From the NCBI RefSeq assembly GCF_001194135.2, contig NC_068986.1:936299-996477 (forward strand): a DNA stretch of 60,179 nt, read 5' to 3'. Position 1 is the first letter of the stretch; each line of letters opens with the position of its first letter. This document shows positions 26,887-38,440 of this stretch, piece by piece. The notes below the pieces were generated by a model. That model searched no databases, had not been told where the DNA came from, and saw nothing but the letters and a program-made list of their open reading frames with translations. A program made the position numbers and the translations under genes. The DNA comes from Octopus bimaculoides (Eukaryota).

Positions 26887-26963
26887 CGGGGACGTAGCTA
26901 AAGTGTGCGCAGCCCCATTAAAAAGGGACAGACCCCCCACCCCATCTACTAACTACGCCACTG
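26887..26963. mobile_element. 77-bp hAT-type mini-MITE
   Basis: Imperfect TIRs CGGGGACGTAGCTA and TAACTACGCCACTG; flanking 8-mers AATTTACT and AATTTACC (7/8 match). Confidence 0.65.
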
Positions 26964-27719
26964 AATTTACCGATTAACTAATGTTAATTGTAAATCATTG
27001 TTTCGAATAATTTCCAAAATTGTGACCAAGTTCTTGAAATAAAAAACTGAGTGATGGTCGAGTTTAGTATTCCACTTTCACTTGCATTATATCATTGACA
27101 AAAGTGAAATACTAAACTCTAAGATTGTCCTGTAATGAACTTATTTGTTTATTTGAAAATGCAGGATTCGTTCAGTTTTCTAATAATGGGAATGGATTTC
27201 AGAGTTTTATTCTTTCAGTAATTTGACAGTATGTATTCGGCGAGGTGGTGATGGGGGTAAAAATACATATTTATTGTGTATCAATATTTCAATAGTTAAG
27301 GCTGCATGCTGGCAGATTCGTCAGCTCACCGCAAAACGCATAGCGGCCCTTTTTTATCTAAGACCTTTCTGTCTTTTTTTTTTTTTTCAGACATCGTGTA
27401 TCCATATTTTAAAAATCTTATTTCGACCTTTTGCCTATCTAAAGCATTTTCATAAGTTTGTCCAAAATGTCCATGCTTGTTTTCAGATTTTTCGTTAGCT
27501 CTTGTTTCATATGTTCTGAGTAATATAAAGCTTTCCTTTCATAAGTCCCAAGTTACTGTATGGGTTGAAAATAAAAACTGGGTATGTGTATCACATATGA
27601 TGCATGAATGACAGGGAACATTTTTTATTTTCATATATAACATATAAACGTGTACATCTTTTAGAACATTGTCATTTCATAAGATTTTGCTGGCAAATTT
27701 TTAAATTAACATAAACATT

Positions 27720-29310
27720 TATTTACATGAAAGAAAATTACCGGAGAACTTTCATCTACTTCTTCCAAATCTTTGTTAAAACTGTATTGAAACCATTTAT
27801 GGAGAATTCTTTCTTTTTCATCATAGCAACTGGTTGCACACCACAAGGTTTAACGGAACCTACAGAAGCAAGCCAGCTCGCATTAGCACGGGCGATGGCG
27901 AGGCTAAGGCGTTTGGAAAGCCAAGCGCCCTCACGAGCATCACCTAACACCTCGATGAGACGAGCTGCCAACGTTGACAAGGACTTTGCGGTTAGTGGCC
28001 CAGTTACTTCGAACGTATCAAACGCCACAGGTTGGAAGAGACAGTTCACTGTCTGGTCCCGATATTTTAGGGTTTTCTTCCGTTCGGTAGGGAAGCCGTG
28101 ACCCTCCCATTAACTGCAGCATCCAAGATGTGGGAGGGAGAAAAGGAGTCGCAGACTGTGGCGTCCCAAATGAGGCACCTACCTCTAACCCAAGGACAGA
28201 AGGTAAGACCGTCTGGTCATTTTCCATCACTTCTAGATAACTCCGACGCCTTCAGAACTGAGGGGATATTAATCTGAGCCAGGGCCCGCTTAATGATTAA
28301 GTTTAGCTCGGTGTAACGAGCGAAGCGACCAGCATTTAGGCGGCAAGATAGACCGTGAAGATCTGTGGGGTCGAGGGCTCTACCACAGCGGCTTCTCAGT
28401 CCCCTACAGACGTCAGCGCCCACTCTGAGTGCCATGGAGACTGAGTAGACCTCCAGTGTTGACTAGATGAAGGGCATCGATCCAGTCCCCTGAGAATTTT
28501 GCACCAGCTGAAAGTAGGCAACTCCTTGAAAATTGATCAGATTGATCAAGGAGAGAGTTGAAAGTAGTACTTGAACACAGATTGTCCCATAGTCTCTGTT
28601 TCTGTCTATCCTCCACTGTAACCAGAACTGACAAGCCCATCTCTCTCTTCTGTGATAGAGCTTCATCCATCTCCCTGTTGGAATTAGTCCATGTTGGAGA
28701 GGAGAGGATGTTGCCTACCGAAGGGGAGCAAGCGTGGATGGGGAAAAGAACGGAGAAGAGATGGAGACGAGCGCTTGCGCAGACCCTGACCCCCGAAACC
28801 GTTTGGGCAGGGCAGAGCAGCTTGGTCGCGGGAGTCTGGGGAGTGTGTGCGACATTGACGAAGCATTCGAGTTTCCTGAAGATTAGGTCGTCAAAGTATT
28901 GGAGGGACGACAGGAATCTATAAGAGGGACTAACTCTCAGAAAATGCAATAGCTTAGGAATGGACAAGTAATTCCTAAGTATAAAAACATTTTGGTGGGA
29001 CTCACTTCAAGGCTTTTAAAAAGTTGTTCGAGGTTAGTCATTTTGGATCTAAAGATGGACTCAAAAGCTGGATCAGTAATTGGAGCTCACGCTGATGAAG
29101 GAGGAATCGCGATTGAGGGGAGCGAGTCAAATAGTTTAGTAGTCTGCTCATGCGAAACTGGGTGATTAAGGAACCAGAGCTCGCATTTGGAGATCTACGA
29201 CCAAGTTCCTCGATCATCGTCCTCGCAGTTGCAAGCACCTTGTCAGAAGGGCCTCCCAAACAAGCATCATCAAGGTACCAGACATTTAGGTCTAGGTCTT
29301 ACTCAAATCA
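27720..29310 (-). mobile_element. CRE-clade (restriction-like endonuclease) non-LTR retrotransposon, 5'-truncated and frameshifted
   Basis: RT catalytic motif NVWYLDDACLGG (YLDD at 29277-29266), then SIPKLLHFLRVSP, SGDWIDAL, a zinc-knuckle remnant CG...D...LHGLSC, RLE motifs DGK-RPDG and WDATV.D, and C-terminal RLSLAIARANA; AATAAA near 27718. Confidence 0.8.
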
Positions 29311-29515
29311 AAAGAACAACAAGTCCATGAAATAAACAATTAGAGAGTATATTATTCATGAATAACAATAATAATCCTTTCGCATACTTGACCACCATTA
29401 CGCTTATACACTAAGCGAAATCCAACCGGAAACATGTTATTTGTATAAATAGATCTGGTTGTCTGAAGTGAAACTTCTGTAACAACTCGCTATCTTTAAG
29501 CTAGCCTGCTAGCGC

Positions 29516-29556
<41 letters not shown>

Positions 29557-31730
29557 ATGCAAGCATAACTGTGGTTAAGAAGTTCACTTCGCAACCATCT
29601 CGATTCATGTTCCACCCCATTGAACAGCTCTCTAACAGAATTATATACATACAATTGTTTCGTACCTTGAATTGAGCGAAAGTAGTTGACGTATATATTG
29701 CAGAAGCCCATCATATATATATATATGTATATGTAGGTCTGTGTTGATGTTTATCCTAGTCTTAAAAAAATACTTATAAAAGTAAAATGACTGAAATGTG
29801 TGCCTGGGTCGTTATGATGGACTAAAGGCAGGGGCCCTGTATGACCGCAGCCCAGTGGATGAAACTAGTAAAAGATTATATTCATGCATACATGTTTGTA
29901 ATACCTTCATTACTATATTACTAATTTCTACATACCTGGCGAAAATTCTCTCACAATCTTTGAATTCTTTATGTGAATTATCTTGATTTTGAGTTTGCAC
30001 TGAAGACGGCTGCCCATATTCATGTGGTAGAGTCCAGGTTTCACAGGGAAGTTGAGCTTGTCGTTCTGCCGAAATGTATCTTTTTAACATGACCCTTTAT
30101 CGAAATAGGTTTTAAAGAACGGGCCTAAAATCATTGTTGATTTTCAAGCTGGATGTAAGCAGCTTTTCGTCAGCGGTCAGCATTAACAAGCATCTGTCAA
30201 CAACAATTGGGTGGAGAAGATAGAATCAGTTCACACAAGCGATGAGATAATGAAATACAACAAAAAGCGACAAGAGCTAGATAAGAAGAAATTTAAGATA
30301 TAATCGAAAATTGAATTACATTGAGACAAAAAAAAAACGTTTAGTAAAGGAATATAATACTCTTTATCGATTAAAATCTAATTAATACCTTTACACTTTT
30401 CAACATGCAATTTGCGAGGTTAGGAAGTTTTAACTTCTGCTGATCAAGAAAAGGGTGTTCTAATCTTATAAAGTGATTGGATGCTGTCGTCTTTCGCAAT
30501 GTTACATTTCTCGTTAAAATAATGTAATTTTATTTTATATTTCTTTGGAATGGCTATAAATTCACCGAGAGTGTAAGCAGATCTATCATAGTCACTTTTT
30601 ACACTGTACTTCTGCAAAAATCGACGATTTTCACCTCTTACAATTACATTAGGCCAACTAACTGGTGACTTTTTACTCCACAAGCAGTCAAAATACTGCT
30701 AAGCTTCAGGGAACGGTTGCGGATTTCCTCTAAAATGAGATGGAAATGATTATTGACAAAACAAATTACATTGCATGTTCAATATACTGGACACTGAGTT
30801 TCTGTCTAATCACTTGATTCGCTAGAAACAACAACTACATCTCACTCAAAGTACACTGTATTGTCTTTAAAAAATGACACAGATAAAAAAAAAGTAAAAG
30901 ACAAGGCTGCTTGATCATAGATGACCTGGGACCAAACAACAACCGCCGTATGAACTTCCCTTTGACCGAGGAAAAATGCATCTTATAAAATACTAACAGT
31001 TTAGGACTTTTGAAGTAAGAGTTTAACTTAGACATCGTCAGTCTATGAATTAGTCGTTGCTAAAATAGCGCGGGGCATCGTTGCAATCCTTTGTTGAACG
31101 CGGAGTGGGGTAATCGTAAGGCTAAAAGAAACTGAAAGTATTTCACGATGGTGAAATTATTTGCCCCAAACGTAATATGGTTGCTTCTTTCGCAATGCTA
31201 ATTCTCGGACATTGCATACTTCCCTTTCAACAATTAACCTCGAGGAATTTAAATTAAGTATCAATCAAATCTAATTAACTTCTACGTATAGACTTCAATT
31301 TGTACGGCCAAAAGATATATATAGGATCTATAGGATATATATATATATATATATAAAACTCTAAAAGCTTAGAATGCCGATTATATGAAAAACATTCCCA
31401 AATGTTATTGAGTCCATTCATACACGTCATCGTTACACGCAAAACACGCACACATTCACAAGGTGATTGAGAAGTTACTTTTGCATTTAAATGATATATA
31501 ATTTCTTTTATTTTGATATTTATATGCACATTTTTTCTCTCTCCGTTTTTTTCGTTCTCTCCATTTTTTCCGCTCATCCCTTTCTGTCGAAGAGCGTCAG
31601 CTGGAAGCGTCAAAGACTTCCATTTCTTCCGAACGTCAAACTAACACACCTGCTCGTTGTTCCCTCACCTGCCTTCGTCTTTTGTCTTCTGTATATTTGA
31701 ACTATATATATATATGTGTGTGTGTGTGTG

Positions 31731-32262
31731 TGGTGATAGATTTCCGTTGTTCGACTATGACGGTTCACTTCGTTCGATCAGCTGAATTTCGTCCTCTTGA
31801 ATTTACATGCAAGTAGCTTAGCATTCCACAGACACGTGTACCTTCAAGTAGAATCAGTGTAGCCAGGCTTTATTTTATGAGTCACAGGTACAATCCGCCC
31901 GGAGGGGTTTCTGTCGATTCAATTCAATTTCGAAGCTTTAGAACATGATATTTGCTCAGGATGCCACACATTGGAGTTGAACCGGGAACCAAGTGGTTGC
32001 GAAACAAATTTCTTAACTTTTCGGCTATACTGTGCATACTCTCTCCCCGATTCCCCCTCCCACCTCTCGCAGTGTCTATCTATCATGGATGTATTTGTTA
32101 AAGTTGTCGAATATGTACCTGCAATTTCTAGGCAACTGATTCTACTTGAAGGTACACGTGTCTATGGAATGCTAAGCTACTTATATGTAAATTCAAGAGC
32201 ACGAAATTCAGCTGATCGAACAAAGTGAACCGTCAAAGTCGAACGACGGAGATCTATCACCA
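31731..32262. mobile_element. Full SINE on the minus strand (head about 32035, tail 31731) plus an inverted partial copy; 128-bp inverted arms
   Basis: 31731-31858 versus the reverse complement of 32135-32262: 8 mismatches in 128; tRNA-like head GTATAGCC...GGTTCAACTCC on the minus strand between the arms; (TG)n/(TA)n tracts outside both arms. Confidence 0.8.
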
Positions 32263-34995
32263 CCATATATATATATATATATATATATANNNNNNNNNNN
32301 NNNNNNNNNNNNNNNNNNNNNNNNNNNNNNNNNNNNNNNNNNNNNNNNNNNNNNNNNNNNNNNNNNNNNNNNNNNNNNNNNNNNNNNNNNNNNNNNNNNN
32401 NNNNNNNNNNNNNNNNNNNNNNNNNNNNNNNNNNNNNNNNNNNNNNNNNNNNNNNNNNNNNNNNNNNNNNNNNNNNNNNNNNNNNNNNNNNNNNNNNNNN
32501 NNNNNNNNNNNNNNNNNNNNNNNNNNNNNNNNNNNNNNNNNNNNNNNNNNNNNNNNNNNNNNNNNNNNNNNNNNNNNNNNNNNNNNNNNNNNNNNNNNNN
32601 NNNNCCGTGTTTGCATTAAGTTAATTGGTTACTGCTGATCGTTAGTTACTCAACAACAAATACATATACGCGCGTGCGAGTGTCTTTTGACAGAGTTGAT
32701 CAGGTATGGGCAATTTTTTCCGAGAAGCAGGCTACATGAGATATGGTTCATCATCAGATGGACCACACTTCTAAAAAAAAAAAAATTAAGGTAATTTTTC
32801 GTTAGGTGTACCATTCAGAAAGTCCCGCGGGCAGCACGTTGCCCATTCTAGTTACGTCCTATGGAAACAGCATTAGTTGTCACTGTGAAGAGATAATCAA
32901 TGGAATGAGATGTTGGGAGGACGAAAGTTGGCTGTCGGAGAGGCTGCTGCTCTTGGAATAATATACACGCAATATGTATTTCTAAATATTGAAATAGATC
33001 TAAGTGGAGGTCTATGAGGTTAAAGCTAACTTAGGATAGCAGCGTTTGAGTTAGGGAAAGGACTAATCGCTTTGTTGGGTTCTGGTTCATGAACAGAACC
33101 AAAGACAGAAAGAGAGAGAGTTAATGATTTTATTGAATTTTTCTAACATATCAGGTTACTTAAGAGTTGCCTCCCTTCTCAATCTATAAATTTCAAAAGA
33201 CTAAAGATAATATAAGCAAGTTAACATTGACTTGCCTTGTTTTAACTCTTGTAACTGAACTACATGATAATAATAATAATAATAATAATAACGTTTGGAA
33301 ACTGTGACGATAATGTAAATTGTAAACTACATGGTCGACTAAACTCTAAAGAGAAATACACTTGTCAAGATATGTCAAAGTTGAATGTTCTTTTTCTTTC
33401 TGTCAATTGACTGTGGGCTATCCTGGGGCGCTGACCCCAAAGATTTAGTTGAACAGATCGACCCCAGTACTTATGTTTTTTTAAAGTCTGGTACTTATTC
33501 TATCAATCTCTTTGACTATACGGCTAAGTTACGGGAACGTAAACAAGCCAACACTGGTTTTCAAGGAGTGGAGGAAGATAAACAAACACAATACAGTAAC
33601 ACAGACACACATACATACATACTTACGCGCACACACGCACGCACACACACGATTGTCTGTGTTAGAAATGTGTAAGCAGTTCAAAAATAGATGAAATGAA
33701 GGATGATGGCTTGTGTTGGAAGTTATTATGTATCATAATATAAAAATGGATCTGATGAAACTATGGAGACTAATTTGTATTGGCTCTTTGTGTGTATCTG
33801 CAATTTAAAAATAGATTTGATGAAACGAATGCTGGCAATCAGCGTGTACAACTGGATGGTACTAATTTTTAATTTCTGGTTGCGTAAGTGTATTTCTTTG
33901 TTTTTTAGACTTGACTACACAATGTCACAATAAAATATTTCTACCGACGTAAGTCTTAGATGTAAACCCCCTGCATGAAAAAATTTCAAAAGGATTTGGA
34001 CCCTAGAAGCCTCAAATCAAGAATTCTGGTGTCATACCATGTTAAGTTTTTCAACATTTTAGAATAGAAAGAAACAACACATTAGCGGTAACACACACAC
34101 ACGTACATGCAACACTCAAAAATGTCATGAACACATACATACACGCACACATACATACATACAAAATTTAGACAGAGTGGCATGATTACACATACAAACA
34201 CACCTCTGAATCGCGTGTGTTTTACATATAATACTAAAGTCCACTTTTCATCTTGAGTACTTTTCCAATATACTTTTAAAATCGTCAGTAAAAAAAGCAA
34301 GTCTTTGTAATTCATCTGTAATTATTATTAACGTTATTTTCATGATGAGGTGGTAGGAAAAGTCAAGTGAATGCTTCACAGTATTTAGTTACTTCCCTTT
34401 ATGATCATAGTTCAAATTATTTTGCAGTTGACTGACTTTTGCCTCTCACATCATTCTAGGGTGTTTGGCCTGGAGAACCTAAAGATTAAAGTTGTAGCTG
34501 AGAAAAAGTTAGCTGATATGGAGGACTGGAAGCTATTTAAATATTGGAAGAAAGTTATTTGTATCATAATGATTCCTACTGGGTATCAAAATGTTCACAT
34601 CATGACTGCTTCTCAATACTCTATGTAGAGGCTGTAAAATGTGACATGGACATCCTGTAAATCAAGTTCCCCAAGGCTGTAATGTCCTTTGGGTGTATCT
34701 CCAGTGAGTTTGATAATAGGCAAGAAATGGTTGAAAACCATGTGTTATGTGGGTTAGTGTTTTAGTGTCGGGTAGTTATGTACTGTGTGGGTTGTGTCGT
34801 TTTTTAGTATTGAATGGTGATTGTATGGAATTTATGCTATCTGGGTTGTGTTGTATTATTGGGTAGTAATTGTGTAGAGTGTGAGCTGTGGGTATGTTTC
34901 TTTTTTTTTTTTTCATGTTCTTCTGTGTCATACTGACAATTTCAATTGTTATTGGATTTTCCACCTTGTAAATAGTTTTACTTTGTTTATTTCAG

Positions 34996-35633
34996 GTGAA
35001 GCATTAAGTAAACTAAAATACTGGAAATATCACTATAAGAAGAATTTAAGAGAACAAAATGAATTTGATTGGCTGCTAAATTCAGAAACGGTTTCAAACT
35101 CTGTATTAAATCAACTTGCTATCGTCCAAGGAAATACAATTTTGGACTTGGGCTGTGGAATGTCTTCTGTTTCTCAAAAACTTCTTAAAAAATCTCAGCA
35201 TCCAATATTTGTCCACAGTTTAGACTATGTAGCAAGTGTCATTGAACACCAAAAGAAACTTCATTCTGTTGTTCCAAAGGGTAATCTGTCTTCTGGTTTT
35301 GATTGTATAATTGCTGATGCCTGCCTTCTTCCATACAAGGACAAGGTGTTTGATATTGTTGTCGATAAGGGAACAATGGACAGTCTTTTAAAGGATGACA
35401 TCAAAGAAAGGAGAATGCAAAAGTTTGCTTGTTTATTAGAGGAATCATTACGCATTTTGAGACCAGGAGGTTGCTTCATGCAATTCACTGATGAAGATCC
35501 TGATATCCATTATGATATTTTATTCATTGCAATTCAAAAGCATTCAGCTCATCAGTATCAATTAAGTTTCACCTCAGCTGGTTCTGAGCCTTACCCATGT
35601 TATGTTTATTTAATAAAGAAAATTATGTTATAA
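34996..35633 (+). CDS. CSKMT: Citrate synthase-lysine N-methyltransferase (CSKMT/METTL12-like), terminal coding exon
   Basis: Acceptor TTTGTTTATTTCAG| at 34995. Motifs FDWLL, SAM-binding ILDLGCGMS, ADACLLP, FDIVVDKGTMDSL, LRILRPGG and QFTDEDPD match recalled METTL12 motifs (FDWFF, VLDVGCGTS, LLLDKGTWDAV, QFSDEDPD). TAA stop ends at 35633. The first 38 codons of the tracked ORF are intronic. Confidence 0.85.
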
Positions 35634-35757
35634 TTCAATAAAGACAGATTTTCTTAGCATACTTTAACTAGTAATGAACTGAATGTCTTGTTTATACCAT
35701 CAGTATTTATTCTAATAATCATCCATGGTGAAGATTTTCAGGTCAGTAGTGATATAT

Positions 35758-35763
35758 AATAAA
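35758..35763 (+). promoter_or_regulatory. Candidate polyadenylation signal of the CSKMT-like gene
   Basis: AATAAA 125 nt after the stop codon. Confidence 0.45.
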
Positions 35764-35864
35764 GGAGTGAGTGAAACATTAGAAAAGAAAAGAAATGAAA
35801 GGCAAGGAGGACAAGTTTTGATACCAGTTTTTAGTTGGAAGTCTGTTTCATTTAAAGAGTGACA

Positions 35865-35970
35865 ACCTAATAACTCAGCTAGAGAGAGCAACCAACAACC
35901 TGACTTGCACAGTCAATGCTGCACAAAACTTTTAATCTCAAAGTCATTGGTTCAAGCTCCACACTGGGAA
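35865..35970 (+). pseudogene. tRNA-Lys-derived pseudogene with a ~33-nt insertion
   Basis: 3' half AACTTTTAATCTCAAAGTCATTGGTTCAAGCTCCACACTGGGA aligns to the recalled tRNA-Lys(CTT) GACTCTTAATCTCAGGGTCGTGGGTTCGAGCCCCACGTTGGG with transition-rich decay; 5' part TAACTCAG...AGAGCA at 35871-35890; extra segment 35891-35923. Confidence 0.6.
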
Positions 35971-37924
35971 GATAATCGATTTTAGGTGCAGACGTAACAA
36001 ATGAAGCATAGATTTGTGGTTATGAGATTTGGTTTGCAACCATGGGGTTTCAGGTTCAGTCCCATTTGTGCAGAACTGTGGGTAAGTGTCTTCTACTATG
36101 GCTTTAGGTTAACCAATGCTTTGTGAGCGAATTTGCTTGGTAGAAACTGTGAAAATCCATCATGTATTTACATCTATCTATCTGTGTGCATGTATATATG
36201 TATCTATATGTGTGTACATGTGTTTCCATATGTCTGTGTTTGTCTCTCATCACTTGACAACCAGTGTTAGTTTGTTTATGTCCCTATAAGCTGGTGCTTC
36301 ATCAAAAAAAGACCATCAGAATAATATCAGACTTAATATGGCCACAGTCCAATGACTTTAACAAGTAAAGATTAATATAACTATCTTATTTAAAATGCAA
36401 AGCTACAAATTTTGAGGAAAGGGGTTTAAGATTGGATAAGATTTGTGACTTTCTCAAGGACATCAGCAGAATAGACAGTATAATAGCTACTTGGGTTAGA
36501 CTGTGGTGGGTGGGGGGAAAGCCTCACAATTGCTAGTGATGTTTATTGTTGGTGGTGGAATTCTAGGGGGTAAAAAAGTAAAAGTCAACATTTTGTACAT
36601 ATAAGAAACTAGAATAATGCCCCCCAGTATTGCCTGGGAAATAAAGAATGCAGATGGTGGCCAATTTGTTAAATGAGAATTATCATAATTCTGCATAAAT
36701 TTAGAACACAATGTTATATATTATTTGCAACAGATATATGTGTTTCCTTTTTACTTTTTTAATAGTTTTTCACATTTCAATAAGCAACTGTAGAAGGAAG
36801 TAACAACACAATGCCAACTATGACAATCTATGCAGCATATTTTCAATATAGTACAGAGAACTGGTTTTAACTAGGAAGTTAAAATCAATTCACAGAATCT
36901 CTATGGCATTTGCAACTGATAATTATTGATCATGTACAATTTAATCAATGTTACTCTATTCTTTTCTTTGTAACAGAAAATGGGTAAGCATATTCTGCAA
37001 AGCTTGTAGGAATCTTCAGGGTAAGAGACCCCCACCCAAGGACCAGCAACATTTTGTTATGCAGCAGAGTTTTTGGGCTATGCAAAGCATAAAGGCACCT
37101 TTTACTTCCCTAAACGATTGGCTTACAGGCATTGTAATGCCTCTCGTTAGGAAAGGCAATGATTTTCAGGATGACATCATTATCATTAACCTAGGCAGTG
37201 TCCCTCATCTCCACAACATAAGTATGTTCAGCTTCAATGAACCAGTTTTGAGGTCCACTTGACATGCTACAAATAACTGCAAGATCTCTTCCAAATCATT
37301 TTAGGGGCACATTTAATCATGTGGTTCTGAGTACACTGTGCTAAGGAAAAATATGGGATGATCATAGGTCTTGCTCAGTCAGTGCTGATCTGAGATTAAA
37401 TGCAAATGAACCAGATACACGAAGAGCTTACTTTCAAAACCAGATATATATGCATCAGAATGACTTTTGAGTAATTGAGGAAACAACAACTTAAATCTCT
37501 CTGATTCTGATTGGAAGACTAAGATTCATCTCCTGTCTTATATATGGCATCTATCCCAGTATGACTGAAAAACATTTCACATGCATGGAGCTAGCAGCTT
37601 GCAGCAGACTGTGTTTTAATGGTTATCATGAAATCGACCAAATATGCACTTATACTGGTTTTGAAAGTAAGCTCCTCATATAGTTTTGTTGCAAACACAC
37701 ACACACATACATATATCTTTTACCTTTTACTTGTTTCAGTCATTTGACTGCAACCATGCTGTGGCATATAATTTATAATTTATAAGATATGGTTTAGAAT
37801 GTCAATTCAAAAACCCATGGATTCTCAACACTTTGTTAAATGTCACCTCCTGCCCATTTTGTCATTAGTTTTGGCAGGAAAAATAAGTCGAATACTTTTT
37901 TTGAATGCACCTTGTGTATATTAT

Positions 37925-38440
37925 CATCATCATTTAACATCCATTGTCCATGTTGATGTGGGTTGGATGGTTTGACCAGAGCTGCATCAGACTCCAGTCT
38001 GATTTGGCATAGTTTCTATGGCTGGATGCCCTTCCTAACACCAACCATTTTACAGAGTGTGCTGGATGCTTTTATGTGGCGCTGCACAGGTGCTTTTACG
38101 TGGTGCAACATGGGTGCTTTTATGGGGCACACACACATACATGATATTCTGTTTGTAAGACACACATGATGTCCATATTGATGTGGGTTGGTCAGTTTGA
38201 CCAGAGCTGCACCAGTCTGATTTGGCATCGTTTCAACAGCTGGATGACCTTCCTAACTCTAATCATTTTACAGAGTGTGCTGGGTGCTTTTATGTGGTGC
38301 TGCACGGGTGTTTTTACATGATGCTGCATGGGCATTTTTACATGGCGTCACATGGGCACTTTTATGTGACATATATATATAGAGAGAGAGAGCGGGCAGA
38401 TACAGACACACATATGTGATGTTCTGCTTGTAAGACAGAA
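37925..38440 (-). mobile_element. Two tandem copies of the RTE-tail-type repeat with ~21-bp subrepeats
   Basis: GATGTGGGTTGG...TTTGACCAGAGCTGCA...GCTGGATG(C/A)CCTTCCTAAC occurs twice about 230 bp apart; the GGGTGCTTTTATGTGG motif is repeated. Confidence 0.7.

Noticed and set aside
32731-32790. Candidate CSKMT upstream coding exon ending AAG|GTAATT
   Set aside because: A phase-1 junction would put TAA in frame, so it cannot join the 34996 exon as coding sequence; it could only be UTR.
34881-34995. N-terminal 38 aa of the tracked 250-aa ORF (MSCGYVSFFFF...)
   Set aside because: T-rich intronic sequence ending in a canonical acceptor; it starts at a non-ATG codon.
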